Assembly: GCA_031280275.1 (NCBI GenBank)
Contig: JAITGX010000049.1
Coordinates: 4,168 to 68,167 of the forward strand
Direction of reading: 5' to 3'
From: Synergistaceae bacterium
Lineage (GTDB): Bacteria > Synergistota > Synergistia > Synergistales > Aminobacteriaceae
DNA: 64,000 nt
This document shows, in pieces, positions 9,009 to 17,736 of this stretch. Numbering within the stretch: the first letter of the stretch is position 1; each line of letters starts with the position of its first letter. The notes beneath the pieces were generated by a model. The model was not told the origin of the DNA, searched no databases, and saw only the letters and a list, made by a program, of their open reading frames with translations. The position numbers and the translations under genes were made by a program.

Positions 9009-9104
9009 TAAGGAAGTGCTGATTAACCCTCTCGCGGGGCTCTGCCCCACACCCCGCTTAGGGGCTTCAGGCCCCTAAGAACCCCTTTAATTAGCGTTTC
9101 CGTA
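9009..9104 (-). repeat. Nested-palindrome MITE/REP-like element, copy 3 (reverse)
   Basis: taaggaagtgctgattaaccctctcgcggggctctgccccacaccccgcttaggggcttcaggcccctaagaacccctttaattagcgtttccgta. Confidence 0.9.
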
Positions 9105-9186
9105 ATGATTTTCCCGAATACAACGCGTTGATCGTTAAGAACTGCAAAATTGACGAAATGTCAAACTTTTTCTTTTATCTCACTCA

Positions 9187-11832
9187 TTACAGCCCCCGCG
9201 TGAACTCCAAAAACTTGTCAAAATGAGTCGCGCCGTTTATTTTCAAATCTTTGTTCTCAAACACCATGTAATACCGGTACGCCGGGCCGGCTTTGTTCGC
9301 CCACACGCTGCCGACTTCCGCTTTTTTGGCGGATTCCGAGTTTTCGAGGTGGTCGCCCTTCGGCTCAATCATCAGAATATGTCCTCCCGTCGTCATGGCG
9401 ATAATGTCGGGGTAGGCGTTCACGTATCCGTTGATGTTGAAGCCTATTCTCGACATATTCCTGTGCCACCACTTGATATTCGGCATGTTGTCCAGCTCCC
9501 ACGCGACGCGCGTCTCCAGTTTATTCATTTCTTCTTCAGCTTTGTAAAGCGTCTTGGTATAAGACGACGTATATTTCGCCGGGGATATTTCGCTTTTCAA
9601 CCCGTAAGTCGGGACGCATTTGATCTTCTCATGTTCGATCCACGTCTTGAACACTTTTTCCGAGTGGACGGACATCAGCGTTTCTATTTTGCGCCTGATT
9701 TTTTCGCAGTAGCGATAAGGAGATTCTTTCAAATCCTCAAGCTGTTCCTGGTTAAGGCCGCTTAAAACACGCCCCACGTATTCGGACAGCTCCGCGTGGT
9801 CCAGCGCGTCCATTTTGTCGAGTTTCTCCAATATCATTCTTTTACAAGCCCCAATGCGTCCTTCCGGCTCAATGGACTTCAAATACTGTTTGAAAACTTC
9901 TTTCTCCTTTTCCGTAAGCCTCCATGCTTTGGGAGAATCGTCTTCATTCTTTACATCGATGACAGCAATTTCAGAATCCACCGCCGAAAAATCTATCTTC
10001 GTATCTTCGGTTCTGAGAGAAAAACCCTCCGTCAAATCAATGGGCTTGAGCAAAGCCGTCCCGGACTTCTCAAACAAATTCGGAGTGGAATCTATCACAA
10101 ATTGGGGCAGCAGCAAGACGCGCGCTGCCTCAACAAATTCGCTCTTCATCGGAAATGTTTTCATATAGCCCCTCTCTTCCGGCGCGATCGCGCTTCCCTC
10201 AGACCGCCCCGCGTCTTCCGCGCTTTTGGCGTATTCTTCGCCCCGCTTTATCGTGTTGGCTATGAATTTTTCATCGAGTTTAGCCGTTGGTTGGTCTTCG
10301 CTTCCTTCCACGCTCACGTCTGTTTTATCGTTCAGGCGTTCCCTGACAATTTTGGCGTCAGCTTCGTTTTCGTCAGGCGCTGGAGTTTCGTGGCCGTCCA
10401 GCGGCAAATTCCCCTGTCTTGGTTCCTCCGGCCTCGAATCTTCGATTTCCTCGGCGCGATAGTCCCGCTCGCTCATTCCGGCGTTGTTGAGACCCGTGAT
10501 GACACGCCGCAAGGTCTCCTGAAAAGCATTCGACGACGTGAACACATACGACATGTTGAGCATTTCGTTTGTGTTTTTCGTGACGTGCGGAAGGCGCAGA
10601 ATACGCCCTAAAATCTGTTCCACGTCCACAATCGAACTGCGGTTCGCGACAGTGGCCAATATATACGCGAAGGGGCAATCCCAACCTTCTTTCAAGGCGT
10701 TGACCGTGATGATATATCGAATCGGGCAGCGGGGGCTCAAAAGATCGACGCCTTTAAGCTCGTTTCTGTTGGAGGTTTTGACGGCGATTTGGTCTTCGGG
10801 TATGCCGATGTCAAGAAGCGTGCGTTTTGCCTTCTCAAAAGTTTCGCTGTCCTCGTTGTTTTTGGACTGGGCTTGGAAAAGGACGATAGGACGTATATAC
10901 CGCCCCGATTGTTTCTTCTCCCGCTTCGCCTCGGCTTCGAGATGACCGCGAAGTTTTATTGCGTCGGTAAAAACGTCCGTCTGAGATTTATGGTTGTAGA
11001 CGATGACCGGCAATTTGACCATATTCTCCCGTTTGAGGCGGAGGGCGCTCACAAAAGAAATGATGTTGCTTCCCATTTTAGGCGTGGCCGTCAGATTGAG
11101 AACGAAGCTCGGATTAAAGTTTTTGAGCATGTCCACGCTCAACGGCGTTACCGCGTGATGGCTCTCGTCCGCGATGACGACGGGTTCGAGGTATCGGATC
11201 GCCTGAATGAGCGCGGTTTCGTCCGCTCCTTCGAGAAGAATTTTTTCGCCGTCCCTGTCCTCGAAGGCTTTAGCAAACGGAGCGAGGCTGCCGTTTTCCT
11301 GATAGGCTTTGCGCCCTTCCTTTTTATTCGTCCGGAATGAGTCGTAAGAAAGAACGAAGATCGAGAGCTGTTCGCTTACGGCGACCGGGCCGAAATTTTG
11401 GCCGGATAGCAGCTGCCCTTTGGAATAAACTTCGACGCGGCCCGAGAAATCCGCGTCGATCCTCTGTCTGTAAGGGTGAGAAGCGTTCGACAGGTTTTTC
11501 AGCGTCTGCTCCAAAATGGAGTCCGAAGGCACAAGCCACGCGACGGCCTTGTTCTTTATGTACTTCGTTTCGCCGATGGAGTCGAATATGACTTTTATCG
11601 CGCTGGCGGCGATGAACGTTTTGCCGCCGCCCGTAGGCACTTTGAGGCAAACGTCGGGTACGTTTGGAATGGAGTGTTTGTAACTCTCCATGCCGCCGCT
11701 AACCCCAACGTTTACGCCGCGCTCTTCCCAAAAAATTCTGAACGCTTTTGAAATATCTCCCGTCTGCCGCAGAAGAGCGAGGAAACGGCTCAGACTGCCG
11801 ATAACGTCTCTCTGAAATCGCTTGAGTTCCAT
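9187..11832 (-). CDS. res: Type III restriction endonuclease, Res (helicase-nuclease) subunit
   Basis: 881 aa. SF2 helicase motifs: VPTGGGKTFIAA (motif I), ADESHH (II), LTATP (III), QILGRILR (VI). Lies downstream of a beta-class Mod methylase in an AT-richer island. Confidence 0.9.
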   Translation of the reverse strand: MELKRFQRDVIGSLSRFLALLRQTGDISKAFRIFWEERGVNVGVSGGMESYKHSIPNVPDVCLKVPTGGGKTFIAASAIKVIFDSIGETKYIKNKAVAWLVPSDSILEQTLKNLSNASHPYRQRIDADFSGRVEVYSKGQLLSGQNFGPVAVSEQLSIFVLSYDSFRTNKKEGRKAYQENGSLAPFAKAFEDRDGEKILLEGADETALIQAIRYLEPVVIADESHHAVTPLSVDMLKNFNPSFVLNLTATPKMGSNIISFVSALRLKRENMVKLPVIVYNHKSQTDVFTDAIKLRGHLEAEAKREKKQSGRYIRPIVLFQAQSKNNEDSETFEKAKRTLLDIGIPEDQIAVKTSNRNELKGVDLLSPRCPIRYIITVNALKEGWDCPFAYILATVANRSSIVDVEQILGRILRLPHVTKNTNEMLNMSYVFTSSNAFQETLRRVITGLNNAGMSERDYRAEEIEDSRPEEPRQGNLPLDGHETPAPDENEADAKIVRERLNDKTDVSVEGSEDQPTAKLDEKFIANTIKRGEEYAKSAEDAGRSEGSAIAPEERGYMKTFPMKSEFVEAARVLLLPQFVIDSTPNLFEKSGTALLKPIDLTEGFSLRTEDTKIDFSAVDSEIAVIDVKNEDDSPKAWRLTEKEKEVFKQYLKSIEPEGRIGACKRMILEKLDKMDALDHAELSEYVGRVLSGLNQEQLEDLKESPYRYCEKIRRKIETLMSVHSEKVFKTWIEHEKIKCVPTYGLKSEISPAKYTSSYTKTLYKAEEEMNKLETRVAWELDNMPNIKWWHRNMSRIGFNINGYVNAYPDIIAMTTGGHILMIEPKGDHLENSESAKKAEVGSVWANKAGPAYRYYMVFENKDLKINGATHFDKFLEFTRGL

Positions 11833-11896
11833 CGTTCGCCCCTAATAACGGAGTTCCCGCCAAAAAAATATGACAGCCTATCCGTGTCGAGAAATA

Positions 11897-12121
11897 TCAT
11901 ACCTTTTCTCTCCCCAACGTGAAACTTTCCCGTTCCGCAATGACCTGTCCAACGTTTGTTACGTCTTCGCCGTTCCATGTATTGAAATAATCGAAAATAT
12001 TCTCCTGTGGTCTCTTCACGGGATCGACGAACGTGATGACCACTTTATACTCTTCTTTCACGAGCACGGGTTCCTCCAGCCTGAAACAATTTCCGTCGTA
12101 TATTCCCTTTATCGCGTACAC
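11897..12121 (-). CDS. Small protein with an AF2212/DUF104-like antitoxin-type N-terminus
   Basis: 74 aa. MYAIKGIYDGNCFRLEEPVLVKEEYKVVITF fits the (I/V)xG(I/V)Y(D/E)xGxxxxLE...V.I.F pattern of that family. Sits between mod and res on the same strand. Confidence 0.45.
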   Translation of the reverse strand: MYAIKGIYDGNCFRLEEPVLVKEEYKVVITFVDPVKRPQENIFDYFNTWNGEDVTNVGQVIAERESFTLGREKV

Positions 12122-12148
12122 GCCGCACCTCCTTTCTTGGCGTCCCTC

Positions 12149-13732
12149 CTACAGCCGCGCGATGTCGCGCGGTATTTTCTTGAAAACGACGCGGAATTTT
12201 TCCAAATCTTCCGGAGAAATTTGGCATTTATCGGCGTATACGACGCGGCCCTCGGCCTGACGGTTCAAGGTTCCAAGAAACGCCCTGTCGAGCGTCGTTA
12301 TCCGGTCGCGCTCGTAGTAAAAATAGTAGTCCGTGTCCGCGTTCTCTCCAATATAATAGGGACTTTCCGATTTATCGGCGAGTTTCGGCAATGTCTTTCT
12401 CGTCTCCATGTAAAAGACGTACTCGCGTATGCACTCCACGGGTATATTTTCGTTGAGGCAGCCACTTTCGAGAAGAAGCGGCTCACCCAGTTCATAAAAA
12501 CTGAAGCTCCCGCCCGTCCCCTTTACGTCCCCGTACCCGTCGATGACGCGCCGGACGCGCTCGGCGGTGATGGTCTCCGCGTAGTCTTCCATCTCCACGA
12601 GGATGAATTTGCGGTTTCCCCTGTCCTGTTTGTTCAGGTTCAAAACGGCGTGGGCCGTGGTGCCCGAACCGGCGAAGGAGTCAAGAACAATCAAATTTTC
12701 CGGAGGAAATAATTGCAAAATTTTATTGATAAACTTCGTTGGTTTCGGTGTTTTAAACACCTCAGAGCTATGAAATTTTGGGAAAACTTTCAACAATTCG
12801 TATTTCGCGTTTCTGTTATGCCCTGTATCTTCGACATCCCACCAAATATTTGATGGAACAATTCCTAATTGGTCCTTTAAAAAAGTCTTTTTAATGATAC
12901 GCGCTTGATTGCCGGGAAAAATAACTGTGCCATCTGCAATCCAAGCAGACATTTTCTCTTGACTCCAACGCCATCCATTCTTAGGAGCTTTGATAACGGT
13001 TCCATCTGGTGAGATAACGTCGTATTGCAAATTGGCTCGATAATTAGGCGATTGCAGATTGCTCTGAAACCACTGCCCTCTTGGGTCATTATCTGGGTTT
13101 TTGTAGTGCTGATTGTTTTCTTCTCTTCTGGCAAAACGTAAAGGTTGCCAACCACGTGTTTTTGAGTATACAAGCGTATGATTGTAGTCACCAGAAAACT
13201 GTTTGGAATCATTGTTAGAAGAATCTGCTGAACGCCAGATCAAATCGGTCACAAAACTGTTAATCCCAAATACTTCGTCACAAATCAACTTTAAATTCGC
13301 TTGCTCATTATCATCAATACTGATAAAAATAGCCCCGTCGTCGGACAGGAGCTTTTGCAGCAGCTTCAGCCTCGGGTACATCATACAGAGCCATTTGTCG
13401 TGACGGCTCAGGTCTTCGCCCTCTTTGCCCACAACCTCGCCAAGCCATTTTTTGATTTTCGGGTCGTTCACATTGTCGTTGTAGACCCAGCCCTCGTTGC
13501 CGGTGTTGTAGGGCGGGTCGATGTAGACGCACTTGATTTTTCCCTCGTATCGCGGCAAAAGAGACTTCAGCGCCGCCAGGTTGTCACCTTTGATGATTTT
13601 GTTTCCGTCCAGCTGTTCATTGCCTGCAGCGCCGCCGTCTATATAGGTATACTTGTGCTCCAGGACGCGGTAGGGCACGTCCTGGTGGTGGTTGGTCACT
13701 TTGTCTTTGCCAATCCAAGAGAGCGTCGGCAC
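12149..13732 (-). CDS. mod: Type III R-M Mod subunit, DNA (N6-adenine or N4-cytosine) methyltransferase
   Basis: 527 aa. DPPYNTG (motif IV) precedes VLDSFAGSGTTAHAV (motif I), the beta-class order. GTG start preceded by gggagg. Confidence 0.9.
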   Translation of the reverse strand: MPTLSWIGKDKVTNHHQDVPYRVLEHKYTYIDGGAAGNEQLDGNKIIKGDNLAALKSLLPRYEGKIKCVYIDPPYNTGNEGWVYNDNVNDPKIKKWLGEVVGKEGEDLSRHDKWLCMMYPRLKLLQKLLSDDGAIFISIDDNEQANLKLICDEVFGINSFVTDLIWRSADSSNNDSKQFSGDYNHTLVYSKTRGWQPLRFARREENNQHYKNPDNDPRGQWFQSNLQSPNYRANLQYDVISPDGTVIKAPKNGWRWSQEKMSAWIADGTVIFPGNQARIIKKTFLKDQLGIVPSNIWWDVEDTGHNRNAKYELLKVFPKFHSSEVFKTPKPTKFINKILQLFPPENLIVLDSFAGSGTTAHAVLNLNKQDRGNRKFILVEMEDYAETITAERVRRVIDGYGDVKGTGGSFSFYELGEPLLLESGCLNENIPVECIREYVFYMETRKTLPKLADKSESPYYIGENADTDYYFYYERDRITTLDRAFLGTLNRQAEGRVVYADKCQISPEDLEKFRVVFKKIPRDIARL

Positions 13733-14143
13733 CTGCGCTGTTCCTCCCGCGTTCGTTTCGCTTATCGCCTAAGGCTTGTTTTAAAACTAATCACTCCAAC
13801 AAAAAACCGCCGTTTTTAGGCGCTTTTTTGAACGCATTTATAGTCACTCAACTTTCGCGGCGACTCTTTTGAACGTAAGTTATTGCAATTACATATTTCT
13901 TTGGCGATAAAAAGTTCAAAAGTAGTTAGTGATGTTTAGAGCCTTTAAATTGTGAACGCTTGCAACACTGACGTCAATATTCGCGTGACGACAAAAACAA
14001 CACCAGTGAAGTCAAGGGGTTAGACAGGTTGTTTCCCGTGTTATCCTACGGGGCAGCACCTACGCTGCTTCACACAATGCCCTATCTAGCGCACTTGCTT
14101 TTAGTATAGCGTATAGCTCACCACAAGGGATTTTAGACACGCT

Positions 14144-14173
14144 CTAAGACCCCCATTAATCAGTGCTTCCCTA
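14144..14173 (-). repeat. Half copy (one end only) of the MITE/REP-like element
   Basis: ctaagacccccattaatcagtgcttcccta. 24/30 identical to the end of copy 3 (9075-9104), in the same orientation. Confidence 0.7.
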
Positions 14174-14182
14174 AAATTTCTT

Positions 14183-15499
14183 CTATCCGTCTGCTCTTTT
14201 GAACTCCTCGTAACTCATGGCCCGGTAGGGCTCGAAGGACTTGCCCGGCACACCCAGGGCCCCGGCGGGACAGAAGCCCGCGCACCTCTGGCACGACTGA
14301 CAGAGCGCGGCGTCTATGGCGGGGTACCCCTCCGCCAGGGTGATGGCCTTCGTTGGGCAGTCCTCGGCGCAGCGTCCGCAACGGGCACACTTTCCGGGAC
14401 TGACCGCGATGGGGCAGATGAATCTATAGAAAAAATCCCACGGACGGCGCGTCCGGGCCAGGCGGTACAGGGGTCGGGAGAGCATGGGGATTCCCTCACT
14501 CCATTTCGCCCTGCCTCCCAGGAGGTCAAGGGCAAAGAAACGGGCTTCTAGCAGTGTCTGCTCAACACGTGCCGCGTTTTTTTCCAGGGAAAGGGTCTTT
14601 TTGTTGTAGTTGCCCGGCATAAGAAATATCTTCGCCCCCACGGCTCTGTAGCCTTTCTCCAGCAGGGCGGCGCGCACGGGACCCTGCATACCCATGCCCG
14701 CGCCAGCGCAGGTCGCCGCCATGAAGACCTCCCGCCCCTCGCCCGGTGGCATTGAGTCGATGAAACGCCACACCGACGGGTAGGTGGAAAAACAGGCAAC
14801 GGGGAAAGCCAGGCCCACCGCCGTCGTCTCGCTCAGTGCGGGACACGAACCCTCCATATCTCTCAGGCGGACGGTTAAGCCCTCCTGATTCAGGGTTTCC
14901 GCTATTGTCCGGGCGGCGAGGAGGGTGTTTCCCGTGCCGGAAAAGGTGAAAAAGTCCACGGAAGTGCTGCGGAGCCTTGTGTGCGGGGGTTTCGATTTCA
15001 GCGCGAACTTGTAGGGCGTGGAAAATATTCCGGCGCTTTCCTTTCTGGAACCGCATCGGACGAAACCGACTCGCTCGTAAAAGCCCGTCGCGCCGTCTGC
15101 GGCGTGGAGGGAAATGTACTTTATCGACGGGTCGGAAGCCGCGCAGCGCAGCAGGGCGCGAGCCACCAGGCGCGACCCCAGTCCCTTCCTGGTGTAGTCG
15201 GGGTGAACGCAGAGCATGGCGATCCGGCGCTCCTTCGTCTCCACCATCCCCGCCAGAACACCGGAGACCCACGCCAGCTCAAGCTCAAAGCCCATGCGGC
15301 CGCGCTGCTCAATCGCCAGGGGCTCTGTGTAGCGCTCGAAGGCCCTCTGTCCGTCAGGGGTGAAGCCGTTGAACTCCGACATGTCCACGGCCTTGCGGGC
15401 TAAAGCGCTCACCTCCGCTCCTTGGCCTGGCAGCAGCTTCGTAAACTCCAAGTTTTGAATCTCAGGCATCTTGATACCCTCCAAAAAATCCATGTTCAT
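14183..15499 (-). CDS. GNAT acetyltransferase / flavodoxin-like / 2x[4Fe-4S] ferredoxin fusion protein
   Basis: N-terminal GNAT core (RIAMLCVHPDYTRKGLGSRLV). Middle flavodoxin-like FFTFSGTGNT. C-terminal CARCGRCAEDCP and CQSCQRCAGFCP clusters. Start overlaps the rbsK stop (TAATG). Confidence 0.7.
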   Translation of the reverse strand: MNMDFLEGIKMPEIQNLEFTKLLPGQGAEVSALARKAVDMSEFNGFTPDGQRAFERYTEPLAIEQRGRMGFELELAWVSGVLAGMVETKERRIAMLCVHPDYTRKGLGSRLVARALLRCAASDPSIKYISLHAADGATGFYERVGFVRCGSRKESAGIFSTPYKFALKSKPPHTRLRSTSVDFFTFSGTGNTLLAARTIAETLNQEGLTVRLRDMEGSCPALSETTAVGLAFPVACFSTYPSVWRFIDSMPPGEGREVFMAATCAGAGMGMQGPVRAALLEKGYRAVGAKIFLMPGNYNKKTLSLEKNAARVEQTLLEARFFALDLLGGRAKWSEGIPMLSRPLYRLARTRRPWDFFYRFICPIAVSPGKCARCGRCAEDCPTKAITLAEGYPAIDAALCQSCQRCAGFCPAGALGVPGKSFEPYRAMSYEEFKRADG

Positions 15500-16431
15500 T
15501 AATTGGCTTCCAGCAGGGCCTCCACCTCATGGCGCCAGGGCAGGGAGGGGTGCGCGCCAAAACGGGTGCAGGCTAAAGCTCCAGCCGCTGAAGCGAAGCG
15601 CACGGTCTGCTCCAGCGGCATCCCTTCGGACAGAGCGACGATCATCGCGGCGCAGAAGGAATCCCCAGCGCCCGTGGAATCCACGGCGTCCACCTTGAAC
15701 GGCATGTAGGGGAACGCTTCGCGCTTTGTCACGACCAAGCCGCCCCTCGCGCCCCGCGTCACGACAACGCCCTTGCTTTTCGCGCCCCGGTTCAGCAGGG
15801 TGCGCGCGGCCTCGGTAACGGTCTGGTCCCCGTTTCCCACCGTGTCCATACCTTCCGTGTAAAAGCTCAGCTCCGTTTCGTTCAGCACGAGGTAATCGAC
15901 CATTCGCCATATCGAGGGGGGAAGTTTCTGGGCGGGAGCGGGGGTGAGCACCGTGTGGCACCCCGTCTTGCGGGCAAGGGTGAGTCCCGCCTCCACCGCG
16001 GGGAGGGGAATTTCCAGCTGAAACAGTGCCGCGTCCGCCTTTTTGAAAAGCGGGGCCACTTGCTCGATGGCCGCCGCGTCCAGCGAGGCGTTGGCCCCAG
16101 GGACCAAGACAATCGCGTTGTCTCCGCTGTCCGCTACCGTGATGACGGCCACGCCTGTCCCGGCGCCCTCAGCGGCCTCCACGTGGTCGCAGTTGACCCT
16201 CGCCGCCATCAGGGTCTCCCGCAGCCGCGCGCCGAAGTCGTCGTTCCCGACACGACCGATCATGTAGGACTCCGCGCCCAAGCGCGCACAGGCCAAAGCC
16301 TGGTTAGAGCCCTTACCCCCGCCCGTGGTTCCAAAGGAGTGTCCCATGAGGGTCTCGCCCAGAAGCGGATGACGCGGGGCGCGTATCACCAAATCCATAT
16401 TCAAAGAACCGACAACTACGATGACTGCCAT
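15499..16431 (-). CDS. rbsK: Ribokinase (PfkB family)
   Basis: GGKGSNQALACARLGA and DSTGAGDSFCAAMIVAL signatures. The ATG at 16431 has a ggagg RBS about 10 nt upstream; the track's 16440 start is an upstream GTG. Confidence 0.85.
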   Translation of the reverse strand: MAVIVVVGSLNMDLVIRAPRHPLLGETLMGHSFGTTGGGKGSNQALACARLGAESYMIGRVGNDDFGARLRETLMAARVNCDHVEAAEGAGTGVAVITVADSGDNAIVLVPGANASLDAAAIEQVAPLFKKADAALFQLEIPLPAVEAGLTLARKTGCHTVLTPAPAQKLPPSIWRMVDYLVLNETELSFYTEGMDTVGNGDQTVTEAARTLLNRGAKSKGVVVTRGARGGLVVTKREAFPYMPFKVDAVDSTGAGDSFCAAMIVALSEGMPLEQTVRFASAAGALACTRFGAHPSLPWRHEVEALLEAN

Positions 16432-16743
16432 TCCTAACACGCCTCCAAAAAGAAGCTGATAGCTGACTTACAGTGTTGTTATTTTTTTTATGATACCACA
16501 AGGCAGGGCCGCGCGCCCTCCGCCGAAAGACGGCGTGTAAAGTCAATCTCAATCAACAGATGCTTGTCCTTGCGAGTGCCAAAAATGGGCTTTTTCGCGG
16601 GGGGGTGGTCAAAGGCGTCCAAAAGGTCTATAATCGCGGGTAATTTCATGAAGTGAAACCTTTGAGAATTTTTTGCTTTCTGTAAAGACTATTATTAAAG
16701 TTTGGGATAAAGTCTCAAGCGTTTTTAAGGGGGGCGTTGAGGA

Positions 16744-17361
16744 ATGGCGAACAAAGCGGCGGCGACGCGAAGCGCCATGACCCGCATTCAGGCCGCGCTA
16801 AAACTGGCGCGGCGCGGTCACGGCCTTTTGGAACAAAAACGTAAGATCCTCATGAGCGAACTCATGGGGCGCGTGAAGGAGGTGCGCGAGGTTCAGGAGA
16901 GCATACGCTCCATCTTCGGCGAGGCCTACTTCAGCCTGCAAATGGCAAACATCACGATGGGAATCGAGAACGTGGAGAAGATCGCTCTTCTGGTGCCGGA
17001 GGAAGACCGCTTCGTCGTGCGCCTGCGGTCGGTGATGGGCATCGACATCCCGGAGGTGGACCGAGTGGAGCCCAACCGCTCGCCGGTGTACTCCATGGGC
17101 GGAGCCGCGTCGGGGTCATCATCGGTGCTGGATAACGCCTACGTCAACGCCCGTGAGGTGGTGGCGTTGATCGCCCGGCTGGCCGAGGTGGAAACCAGCG
17201 TGTACCGGCTGGCTATCCAGATACGCAAGACACTAAGGCGCGTCAACGCGCTGGAAAAGGTGTTCATCCCGAAAAGTGAAAGTCAGGTCAAGCTCATCGC
17301 GGCGGCGCTGGACGAAAACGAGCGCGAGGACTTGACGCGCATTAAACTTTCAAGCCGCTGA
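16744..17361 (+). CDS. ntpD: V-type ATP synthase subunit D
   Basis: 205 aa. N-terminal TRSAMTRIQAALKLARRGHGLLEQKRKILMSEL is typical of V/A-type D (central stalk). Confidence 0.85.
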   Translation: MANKAAATRSAMTRIQAALKLARRGHGLLEQKRKILMSELMGRVKEVREVQESIRSIFGEAYFSLQMANITMGIENVEKIALLVPEEDRFVVRLRSVMGIDIPEVDRVEPNRSPVYSMGGAASGSSSVLDNAYVNAREVVALIARLAEVETSVYRLAIQIRKTLRRVNALEKVFIPKSESQVKLIAAALDENEREDLTRIKLSSR

Positions 17362-17397
17362 AACCCCGGCGGCGAGGGGAAGGGATGGGAAAAAGGC

Positions 17398-17736
17398 ATG
17401 AAACTGTCAGAGGTTCTTGAGGTGCTTTTGAAAGCCGAGGACGAGGCTTTGGAGATGCGCGGCGCGGCGGAGCAGGAGGCGAAAACCCTGGTTCAGAAGT
17501 CGCGCGGCAAGTTCGCCGCCGACCAGGAGGCCCGCCTTTCCGCCGCGCGGGAGGAGGCGCGGGCTCAGGTGGAGTCGGCCAAGCATTCCGCGGAAATGGA
17601 GGCCCTTCACATCGCCGACTTGGCTCAAAAGGCGCGGGATACGATGGAAGCGCATTTCGAGAAGAACGTGCCCGCGCTGATCGCCCGGACAGCCGGGGAG
17701 ATGGCAGCTCGATACGCCGCCCAGAGGCGCGCCTGA
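17398..17736 (+). CDS. V-type ATPase peripheral-stalk-like small coiled-coil subunit (G/H-like)
   Basis: 112 aa, Ala/Glu/Arg-rich helical sequence. Called from its position in the V-ATPase operon. Confidence 0.5.
   Translation: MKLSEVLEVLLKAEDEALEMRGAAEQEAKTLVQKSRGKFAADQEARLSAAREEARAQVESAKHSAEMEALHIADLAQKARDTMEAHFEKNVPALIARTAGEMAARYAAQRRA

Noticed and set aside
13733-14143. A ~410-bp AT-rich non-coding stretch upstream of mod. I examined it for a tRNA/tmRNA fragment, a CRISPR repeat, an att site or a structured ncRNA.
   Set aside because: I could not fold a convincing cloverleaf or find repeats or known motifs by eye. It is left unannotated, and a covariance-model scan would be needed.
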